A stretch of 36,599 nucleotides of DNA from Paraglomus brasilianum (taxonomy: Eukaryota): assembly GCA_910592345.1 (NCBI GenBank), contig CAJVPI010000288.1:1-36599 (forward strand). Direction: 5' to 3'. The notes below the pieces were generated by a model. The model worked only from the letters and a program-made list of their open reading frames with translations. It did not search any database and had not been told where the DNA came from. A program made the translations under genes and the position numbers. Of the stretch, positions 12,320 to 23,073 are shown one piece after another; position 1 is the first letter of the stretch; each line of letters begins with the position of its first letter.

Positions 12320-15300
12320 ATGCCGATATCGCGAAGCTCTTCTCACGTATTACCAGAAGTCCTGGTGGTGTTTGTTATAGATGGCAGCTGGCGGATGAAC
12401 AAACATTTTCGTAGCGTCTGTGAAAAAATACTCCACCCTATTATACAGAAACTCAAGTCACCTAAAGTGATAGACTTGGAAGATAAACAGAATAAAGACA
12501 GAGTCACTCCCGCATTACGCTATGGCCTGGTGATCTTCCGCGATTTCCACAGTATTAATATTGTAGAATCACGACACTTCAACGCAGACTTAAATGATTT
12601 CTACATGCAACTAGACTCGTTGGTTTTTTGTCAGGGCGGATTCGAAAATGCAATTGCAGAAGGCCTAATAGCCGCAGTGGAAATGTTCGATACCCATAAG
12701 CAACAAATACATTCCGAGTTGATAGAGCCAGAAAAACATTGCATTTTGGTGACTAACAGTAACCCGTTGATGGATGATGCTGTTCATCATAATGAAGATG
12801 AGAGATATGACGAATACAATATGACTGACATATGTGAAGAGATGGCGAGGCAAAATATACATCTATCGCTGGTCGTGCCCGACCGGGAATTGAAATTGGT
12901 AAACTTAGACAACATTGTGAGGACTGTCAATAAAGAGAAGGAAGTAATCGATTTATCCCAAGAGTTCGATGTAGGAATGTTAAGATTATCTGATATTGAG
13001 ATAGAGCCAGTAAACAACGAACCAACTTCCCCAACAATGACAACACAACAAGACATTAAACGTCCCCGGACAGAGGACGCTAGCGATCAAGCAAATGTAG
13101 ACGCACCACAAACAAAGAAAATCAAGACTGAGAAAACAGCTTCTACGGATAACCAGAATATTAATAAATCAACTCATATCCCATCTCCATCTCCATCCCA
13201 ACACACTATCGTTCAGCGTACGTCAATCCAACATTCAGCAGGAAAGCAGCAGACGCAGCAGCGCAGTCAACAGCCAATAAAAACTCAACCTAATGCACTT
13301 CCTCCGCAAAGATCTCCAACTCAATCACCAGCACGACCTCCTGCTTCTAATCCATCTCCTGCTTCATTGCTCTCTTCTGCTTCTGCAAATTTGCCAGCTG
13401 CTACTGCTCCTGTCAAAATAGCGACACCAAGGTTGGGAACACAACAACAACCGCAAATCCAAAGAGATACGAATGCTAACATAATTTCAATAAATACTCC
13501 ACGGCATAATGGAACATCACCGGGGTCTCAAATTGGTCCTCGGAGAACAGGAACACCTGTCAGACCTAATCCCGTCGCGCATCCTAATTCAACGGCAACA
13601 CCTGTAACCTCGTCTCATTTAACAGCACGTCCCAATTCTATGCCAAATCCGCATAGACTGTGGAGTAGTCCAGAAGCAGTAGCTCAGTTGACTCCACAGC
13701 AAGTGCAGCAAGTACAAGTCTGGAAAAGTCTACCACATTCTGTATATCCTAATAGAAACTTGCAGCAGCACCAGCAACAGCTTGCTGCAGCTTTCAGGAA
13801 TCAACTTATACATGCAAATAATGCTGGAAGCTCAACTGGTACCGGAATTACTACCAGTCCAGCGCAAGTTGCCAACGCTATAAATATCGCAAACGGACTC
13901 GTTGGATTGCAAACCACTCCTAAGTCACAGAACAGTACCACCCCGACGCAAGGATCTGTCCAACGAACTCATCAAACACCATCGACCGTTTCAGCCAACT
14001 TAACATCACAAATGAACGTTCAACCAAACGCAACACAAACACTGCAGAGGCCAGCAGCAGCGCCGCAGCAAACGCAACAACCACAACAACAACTACCACC
14101 ACCACCACAGCAACAGCAACATCATCAACAACAGACAACAGCACAACAGCAGCAACAGCAACAGCAACCACCACCAACACAACAGAAACAGCAACATCCA
14201 CCGCCGCAACCACAACAATCACAACCAAACAACCAAACACCTCAGATAAGCAATGCGCAAGGACCGCATAACGGAGTTTTGTCCGGCATGACACAGCAAC
14301 CGAGTCTTCCACAGGTACCGCCAAGACCGAGTAAGGCGCCTGTTGTATGGAACGGTCAAATCGCTTGGCAGGCTAATCAGCCTGGTACGCCGCATCGCCA
14401 GGAATTGAGTTGCGATATTTTCGCTTTAGCTATTCCAAGCAACGCGCCAAACAACATATCTTTGGATAAATACCAAGTAAACTTGTGGCCTAACAAGATG
14501 GTTATAACAGGCGTCACATCTACAAAGGACTTGGGACATTCATCTGAATCACAATCGTATGTATTATTGTGTGCAAACACACAGTCTGGACCTAATGCAT
14601 CTCAGAATAAAGAAAGATTTGAGATATTGAAGAGATCATTAGAAAAGAGAAACATAGTTGGTCAAATACGGTTTCCGAACTCGCCAATACAAAACACTGG
14701 AATGGCTATTTTCGTTAATAAAGATAACTTATTTGGAAAATTATATCTAGACTCACCAATGCCACGTAAGCTGGTGAATATTCAGCCCGGACAACAGCAG
14801 CCTACGAGACCCAATACGAGTCAACAAGCCCAACCACCATCACAGCAGGTAGCACAACAGACGTCGCAGCAGGCGCAACAGCCATCACAACAACAGGCGC
14901 AGCAGTCACCGCAACAACCACAGGTGAAGCTTCAATCCCCATCTCAAATTCGAACACCTCATCAAATGCACGCTGTTCCGATGCAAACGGCCCAGTTACA
15001 AACAACACAGATGCAGATGCAACTTCAAGCATTACAAATGCGGGGTACACCTCCAACACAAGCTAGTCAGATGTTACAGTTAAAAGCTCAATTACAACAA
15101 GCACAGATGCGACCGCAACAGCTACAAGCCTTACAAGCTCAATTGCGAACACAACAAATGCAAACAGCACAGGCACAGGCGCCAAGGATGCAATCACAGC
15201 AATCACAACAATCACAGATTCAAACTTCACAGGGACAATCAACTCCTCAACACGCTCAGCTGGGGTTGCAGCGAACTCCGCAACAGATGGGAACTCCTCC

Positions 15301-15559
15301 GCAATCTCGTGCGCAAGGACAAACCCAGATACAATCACGACCTGTCTTGCGTCCGCCCTTACAAGCTCAACAAACACCGGCACAACCTGTTGGGCAGCCG
15401 CAAGTGACGCAACAATATCACCGCCAAATGCAGCTAAACCAAATGAATCAACAATCCGCACCAGCAAATCCGCAGTCAATTCAGTTGCAAAGGCTTATAC
15501 AGCAGTTAGCTCGAAGCCGGGGAATCCCGGATGCACAGGTTCGCGCTATGATACTGCAA

Positions 15560-15591
<32 letters not shown>

Positions 15592-15867
15592 ACAGCAACA
15601 GCAACGACCGATGCAACAGCCGAATACGTCCATCAGAATGTCGCAGCAATTGTTGCATCAGGGTTTATCTCTTCAGGCATTATCTAACGGGCAGGGGCAC
15701 GGAAATATTAGAGTGATGCCTACTAATACGGGTAAGACAAAAGGATATAGATAATTAAGACGAAAACTGTGCTGTTTGTTATCTAAACGACATTATTTGC
15801 TTTTGTAGAGTTGATCCAATTACTTCGAAACCAACAACAAAACCAACAGCCGCAACCACCCGCATAA
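12320..15867 (+). CDS. MED25: Mediator subunit Med25-like protein (VWA, ACID/PTOV-like domain, Q/P-rich regions); exons 12320-15731 and 15809-15867
   Basis: The N-terminus has VVFVIDGS, YGLVIF, GGFENAIAEGLIAAVEMFD and KHCILVTNSNP (Med25 VWA-like). The central VVWNGQIAWQ...WPNKMVI segment resembles the ACID domain as I recall it (WSGVLEWQ...WPQKLI). A terminal intron GTAAG..TGTAG gives the ending ELIQLLRNQQQNQQPQPPA*. Confidence 0.82.
15557..15604 (+). repeat. Coding CAG/CAA repeat (16 Gln) in the Med25-like gene
   Basis: Mixed CAG/CAA codons seen directly. Confidence 0.9.
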
Positions 15868-17135
15868 CCAAGAAACGATAGGTTGATCACATGCATGTAC
15901 ATCTGTCGTTAAATAAATAAATTTATATAATCTTATAAAATAGTTTAACAGCAATACTAATGACACAGGCGGCGTATTACAAGTGTATCAGAAAAAGCAG
16001 CTATCGCGTCTATATGATTTTTAATGCGGCACTGATCGTATAATCTTTATATTTAGTAATAAATTAATTAGACGGAGTTTAATTTATTGATCAATAAAAT
16101 GTTATATGATACACTCAATCAGAGCAATTCATCAGTATATTAGAATATTCGTTTGGAATAATAATTTTCATATGAAACGAACGGCTGGTATATTCCGGTA
16201 TATACGTCGCCGGTATAAAACCCGAGTTAATAAGATGGTAAGAAGCACCGTTACACAAATTTGGAGAGTTCACTATAATTTGGACAGTTGTCTCTATTTG
16301 TATGAAGCTATTATTTCAAAAAGTGCTTTTTGAAGTTTCGTTGGGTACTAATTACATCTGATCAACATAAACTCTTGCGTACGAGTCGTCTAGTCATTGG
16401 TGGAAGAATTTCCCTTATTTAGTCTTTGTTTGCAGTAAGTGACACAATTTAATATGTAAATTCCTCAATGTAATGGAGATAGCCAAACTTTAAGTCATCG
16501 CCGCAAGAAAACGACAAAAAAAAATTTTTTTTTTAGCTATGGGAATCGTGTACTGCGAGAATTAACCAGGCTCAAAGATCGTTGGGTGATTTATGTTTGG
16601 TTTTTAGGTGTCTATCGGAAATACGTTCGTTTAATTTTTAACATGTAACTACAAATGTTATTATGTAGAAGTAATCAAAAAAGGAGCGTTGTTAAGGTGA
16701 TCAAACCTAGAAAAGGAGATATTATAGGTTGTACCTGTCAGGTTATACAACTATCGTGTAAAGTCAAACTCGATAAGATAAAGAAAGATAAAGAATTTTC
16801 CGCCCCGAAAATTTTTTGTATTAAAATAATACTCGAATATATATGTATCTAATTCATTAACTTATTTCGAACACAAGTTACGCGTCGGTTTTAAACCAAC
16901 CCAACTTGGCAGTTTCAATACATCAAATTTTAACATTATATATGCTGCAAAACTCTTTATCAATCATACATTTACTACATATGTATGGACGAATTAGAAA
17001 ACGATTACCAAGTAGAAAATAAAAAAGAGATAATTAAAGAATTACGAGCAGCCATTTATTAATATGAAAGACAACAACAGTGCACATCCTACACTTTTCC
17101 CATTATTTGTGGCGCGCACGTTATAATAGGTTCTA

Positions 17136-17853
17136 TTATGCTTGCTGTTTCCCTCTATCGGCTGGTTAATTACCATTTCACTAATTTTCATCACGTGGGT
17201 CTCCACTAAGTTGGTGACTGTTGATGTTGAAGACTTACTCTGTTAATGACACTTCATTTGATTGTGACTGTAAAGTAAGGGAGGACCGGAACAGCGTGTG
17301 TTACGTCGGAGTATTGAATTGAAACACGCAAAGATATGGTAACGCTTCGAATTACTAAATTTGGCTGCATTTGGGAAGTATCATTATTGACTAGCTCAAA
17401 ATGGGCCAGCAAGCCTATTATGATATCGGGTAACGTTTCGTTACTAATTTGGTTGGGGAGATAGCTTCTACTACTAAACATGGCAGGGGAGGTACTGATG
17501 AGAACGCACCAAAATATTTCCCCCATATAATATCCCCCCTGTGACTTTGTACCTCTTCTAGCTTGCCAATAAAAACTGTGAATTAATAAAATTTATGTTC
17601 TTATCTAATGCATTAATTCTAGGAAATCTAGATGGACTACCCTGGTACTAAAATGAACGGTACTTACGGTTTTGAAATGTGAAAACAAAACAAAAATCTA
17701 TAACGACAACGGACAGTTGTTATACGTTTTTAATTTTTGTAGCGATGCTTCAGTCCCCATAGAAACTATTATTTTCTAAATGCAAACATCTCCTCATCTA
17801 CCAAAGCATGTAGAAATAATACCTTCGATTGAGATTTGTGAATTGTTAAGCAT
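17136..17853 (-). other. Candidate five-micro-exon spliced transcript (43-aa ORF or non-coding host gene)
   Basis: Exons 17853-17823, 17697-17668, 17575-17553, 17267-17239 and 17154-17136 are separated by GT..AG introns, two with GTAAGT donors. The joined frame is open. Confidence 0.4.
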
Positions 17854-17971
17854 AGTGAATTACTGTTAACAATCAAACATCATTGTTAATGTCGGTAACT
17901 CTAAAGAAGAGTTGATTTTAGTGTAACCATTTTCTATACTACAGTTTAAAACGTTATTGTTTAACGTGGTA

Positions 17972-18355
17972 CGACACTCCTTGAAATCTAGCAAAACATA
18001 TGAAAAATCTCTTTTTTTCTAAAATCTCGATTGTATTTACTATGTGAATCAAAATGTTTTGGCCGTTATGAAGCTAATTGAAAAAAAATTGTGATATGTT
18101 CAGTTCCGTTATCGTACTAAAGCAGCACGTTTGATGAAGTGTTAGCATGATGATTTTCATACATTTTAATATGTGTAACATTATACCAGCCACTTCATCG
18201 AACAGCTGCATATCACTATTTTCTTCGAAAAATATAATCAATTAGCTTCATAACGGTACCAAAATCATTTTGATTCACATAGTAAATACGTACAATCGAG
18301 ATTTTAGAAAAAAGAGATTTTTCATATGTTTTACTAGTAGATTTCAAGGAATGTG
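17972..18355. mobile_element. Foldback MITE with about 115-bp inverted arms (Tc1/mariner-like, TA-flanked)
   Basis: The left arm TCCTTGAAATCTAG(C/T)AAAACATATGAAAAATCTC...ATGAAGCTAATTG is mirrored at about 18238-18350. TA lies at 17970-71 and 18356-57. Confidence 0.85.
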
Positions 18356-19242
18356 TATGTATCATCGGACCTACCGAACTTCTAACCGTTGTTGTGAAAC
18401 CATTTTCATAGATGAATGGCAATTTGAATAATACCTCATTTATAACCCCCCCCTTATTGTAACCCACCCACCCTCGCTCTATTATATATGTCAGTATAAA
18501 TTCCCATATCATATAGAAATATATAATGATCATTCCCTCGGCAAATTTATCTTGCTATATATGTCAATTGTGTTACATAAATATCATGCTATTTCTTCTA
18601 TATATAGTCAGTCAGTCTACCTCTTTTTGGTTAGCATATTATGGTTTAATAAGCGCAAATGTGCCTACAGAAGAGGAAATTTTTGAAGAACTTCTGGTGG
18701 CTGAAGTTGTGTCGCAGCAGACACAATTTCTATTCAAGCACTTGAGACAGCTAAAAATAAAGGGCCAAAACGTTATTAACAGAGCATATTAACCAATAAA
18801 ATTTCTTGTGCCACCTAAACTAAAATGCCTATACTCAGTTATATCCCACTTCAGATATATCTCCGTCCCAAAGTGGGGATATATATATAAACGAGGGATG
18901 ACTGTCTCGGTAAGTCTATATATATAAATAAGGCATGCTGGGAGTTTGGCGGGCGAAACTCCTTGAAGTACTCGGTTACGTTCTAAAAAAGGCTGGCTAC
19001 ATTCGCAACTTATTGTTGTTATTTCTTTAAACCTATAATTTATAAACACAGCCTAGCCGTTGGTGGTGCTTGTTCGTAATCCTGAATTCTACCTTTAATT
19101 GTAACAACCAACTTCGATACAAAACGAACATTTAATTTTGCCAACTTTTAACTAATTAGACTTCATTTGAAAGATAGCAAATTAGCAAATTAATAAATAA
19201 ATAAGAAACCACTCGCCGCATTGACTCCCGCAAAACCAATTA

Positions 19243-19460
19243 CAGTGGACTCTCTCTAAGTGCAACTCTAAGTGCAGGCACTATATTTTTCCCTCCCTAA
19301 ATCGCAGTATTTCCACTCTCTATAAATGCAGTGTCTGTATGGGGTTTTCAGGAATATACATTCATAAACATTTCCAATTCATCCGCAAGAACTCTTTGGC
19401 ATGATGACTCGTATGTTTATCACTATCTTGTTGAATCGCCAATCACCCCAAGCATCCTGT
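19243..19460. mobile_element. Left end of a pogo/Tigger-like element abutting a minus-strand Tc1 transposase fragment
   Basis: Starts TA|CAGTGGACTCTCTCTAAGTGCAAC with repeated TAAGTGCA/TAAATGCA. The minus strand at about 19370-19445 gives a frameshifted WRF/QQDSDKHTSHHAKEFL, a Tc1 QQDNDPKH-like motif. Confidence 0.55.
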
Positions 19461-20596
19461 TTTAGCATCACCGGGTAATACTTGTTTTCCCTCTTGCTGA
19501 AAAAAAAACCACCAGGTTTTGTTACTATATGAAATATAGCGAAATGTTTGTGTTGCATTAATACTATTACCGATATCGCAGAACGTAAAAAGGGTTCTTA
19601 CGCTAGAATAAGAAATTACAAAAGTTGTTTTTATTACGGGCGCCTGATGGTTTATGTAATTTTGGCAAGTAAATTATTCCAGCATAAATTATGGAATGAA
19701 ACTTGTTTCTCCAAGAAAGACGGTTATAAAATGTAAATATTAACAATAAAAAACTAAGTTTAGAAGTTATAAGAACGATTATCAAAATTAATTTAATTTT
19801 TAGAAAATGCTGATAACTCGATAAGCGTGTGCATATCAATGATGGACACGTATTGGTAGTTGAGTTCACACTCTATTTCTTTTTAGTTTATTTACAGATC
19901 TTGCTTCCTTGATGGGAAAGTTTTAAACGTAAAGTTGAGAAGACACACTTTCCTATAATATACTTAATACGATTCATTTGCGTTGTCTAGTCGAAGGAAG
20001 ACAAAGCGTATAACACAATGGCTAGGTCGTGTGACCATGAAGCACAAGAGAATCTATTGGTAATGTTAATACGGGAGCACGATATCGACAGCGATATACG
20101 TACACTATATACTGTAATATCGCTAAACTGATATTAGCAAAATACAACACTTTTATCATCAGGGTAACGCACAGCGAAGTCGGATTATCAATGGTCTTAA
20201 CAATAGCGCAGCGATTTCGCCTGGATAAAACTGATGCATATAGGCCAATCTCTAAAGTCTGTCGCTATGGTTTGATATAGTAAACTTTTGTAATAATCTT
20301 GAAACCCCCGAATTTGTGTGGCTCAATTGTTTTCGATTACATGGAATAATAACTTACCGAATACTGTAATAGTTAGATCAGAGTAGAATAGCTGGTCTAA
20401 CGCCACAATATGGCTCCTTTATTCTATTTGTACATGAAAAGCTTTATTAATCTTGATATGACAATGTTACAATCTCCCCTACTATATAACAGTACACAAA
20501 TATGTTCACATCCCCAAGATTTCATATCTCCACAAGGAAAGATTACATTAATCTTCATTTAATTGTCTGTCTATTTGGTTATGGCTCCTTCCTTTA

Positions 20597-22317
20597 TCAA
20601 ATGATAATCCATCCTCTACATTTCTCACTCCCACACTTACATCTAGTCAGATTCTCTTCTTGATTACTCATATTAATCTCTTCTCTCTCTCCCAAATAAT
20701 CAAATGTCAACTCCTCTCCACTTTTTACTGCGCGCAATGTGAAAAACGCCAGATGATATATACTGATGTCAGCATTATCTATTACCACAGGCATCACTCT
20801 CATATTGGGCTCACAACTGTGGTTGAAAAATCGAGATATATTGCCGTAATGATACGCATCCACTGTATAATGATGAATATCTTTGAAAAAATCTAGCTCG
20901 AAGAGATACGATCGACCAATCTTTTCATATCTCTCCGCTCTTGTCTCTGCTTCCTCCTTCGTTATAATCTCTCCATAGTACACGGACACAAACGTATTGC
21001 GAGGAATAGACTTAATAGTGCGCACCCCCCATCCAGTGTGCTTAGTGCGGAACACCTGCATCTCCACAGTATGTCCAGATTGCACTACTCTGTTGAGGCA
21101 AGAAGAACCACAATTACAGTTGACATTACATTCATAAATGATCTTATCATAGCCAACTGCTAATTTCCCTGTACTTGTATAATATGACTTTCCATCATTG
21201 TATGCTAGACATGAACAAGAATGATTCTCATGGCATGTCCCAGGAGCACAATTGCATCCAACGAGAAAATTTGTATCAGGCTCCCGCACATTGGGTCCAT
21301 AAATATACTTCTGACTAAACTGGTATCCTTCTGGCACTCCTTCAGTATCTACATCATTGACTACAGTTATACGAGAACCGACACTAGGTCTCAGTATTTC
21401 TTCAAAGGCAAGTACATTAGGTGATTTTGTTCTCTGTTTCTTCTTTGATTTTATAGTCGTAGGCCCGTTGTTTATGTTTTTGCCTTTTAATACTGAACAT
21501 TGTGTTGAATGTGATTCAGAGGAAAGGACTCGACGACTAGCACTTGTGGAGTTATTATCCCAATTATCATGGAGGACCTTGTGATGACCCTGTTTGGCAG
21601 TTTGATTCTTCTTTTTGCTGCGCGATTGTCGCAGTCTTCTTTCATAGTCACTTATTAGAGATTGGTCGATTATATTATCTGACTTTTCCCTGTAATATAA
21701 ATAGGTGCGCATTACGGACGATTAAAAGTTGTCTGAGAATATAAGAGATGAGAAGGTATCAGAATAAAGATAAACGGTATACGGTTTAACTGATAACAAG
21801 TACAATGGCAGCATGATTGAAGATATTAATATAATAATACATTGTCATAATTGAGTAGTTATCTCTATGACTGGATTGATGATGGTTCACTAAGTGTGAC
21901 AAATTTGATGCTTTGGTAGCAATTATATCAATGTCTGTCTTTTTGGCTATAATGAAACCGTTTTCCATTAGTTGAATAGCAGCTCACCATGTATTATACT
22001 CATCTCCATAGTCCTTCCATTTGATCAAGTATAGTACATCACCCTATCCTCAAAACAGGTTCTTGTTACAGCATCCATCCGTTTACTAGGACATGCAAAG
22101 CCTAATTTTTATAGTTATACTCACGTCCTCACACACAGAGTCCAGTATCGTCTCGACCTTAGCATAATAGGAAAAGATATCTCAAAATGTTATTCAATCA
22201 TGCTGTATTGTCTTAATTTACTACCTTTGTCCGCTTTATTTCCACACATACCTCATACACATCATCTTCGTCTTCCTCCTCTTCTCCAATAGCTGGTTCA
22301 ATTGTCTTATCTTTCAT
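20597..22317 (-). CDS. clr4: Clr4/SUV39-type histone H3K9 methyltransferase (chromodomain, pre-SET, SET, post-SET); 4 exons
   Basis: The spliced N-terminus MKDKTIEP...DVYE|VETILDSVCED|GDVLYLIKWKDYGDEYNTW|EKSDNI is a chromodomain. It is followed by Cys-rich pre-SET, GWGV, YLFELD, NISRFFNHSCEPN, EELTFDY and post-SET CKCGSEKCRG. Confidence 0.93.
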
Positions 22318-23073
22318 ATTTAGAAACGAACGCGTTGATGTTGACTATGAGTCATATATTGATAAAGGCGTGATAAAGGGGTGAAGAGGTGCTCCTGTGG
22401 TAATGGTCCTCTTTAAATATAGTTCAAGGTATCCTGTGCTACAATCTCAATGAGTACAAACACGAGAAAAAGATTGGATCGCGGATAGTATTGTAGTGAA
22501 TCACGTGAATTGGTTACCGTAACACGGATCTTAATGACGTAATTGTGTAACACTCAAAACCAATGAGGTTAATTTGTATGAATTGCCTTTGTAAATAAAT
22601 AAATACGTTGATGCAGTTACTTTGAATGAATTGTATGTATAGCATTGGCAATTTCTCTACGTCTGATTCAGACAAATATCAGAAAATATTTACTTCACTC
22701 ATTTATATTTGCACAGTCGATAACTATTAATTTATCGACTGGAATAGTTGGCTTATAATACAAAGAGACACAGGTACGTCTCTATTCTGCATCAGTAAAT
22801 CTCTGTTTCCTCCTATCAAAAGAAAGTTATCATGGAATATGAATAAGTCGATATGACAGTGATACAAATGCTACTATAAAGGAATGACGTCTAAATGATT
22901 AATCTATTCTCAAATAATAGTACAAATAGAAGAATAATACGTAAAAGTACTTTTTGTTGATAGACAAATAAAAGCAGATTGGACCATTCTATATTAATCG
23001 GAATCGGAAAAACACATGCTCCAATATTTAAATCAACCGTGATAACTAAATCGTCAATATCTATTTCAAACCA

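Noticed and set aside
13920..15479. Several long antisense ORFs rich in Val/Ala
   Set aside because: They are shadows of the CAA/CAG-rich Med25-like coding strand, whose reverse complement lacks stops.
17268..17552. TPP riboswitch or RNase P/MRP RNA in the structured intron
   Set aside because: I did not find the conserved motifs (CUGAGA plus the ACCUGAU-like core, or the CR-I/CR-V pairs).
22495..22510. CACGTG E-box upstream of clr4 (also near 1701 and 3205, upstream of YOS1 and uL22m)
   Set aside because: The hexamer also occurs within TEs and coding regions in this window, so enrichment cannot be shown by eye.
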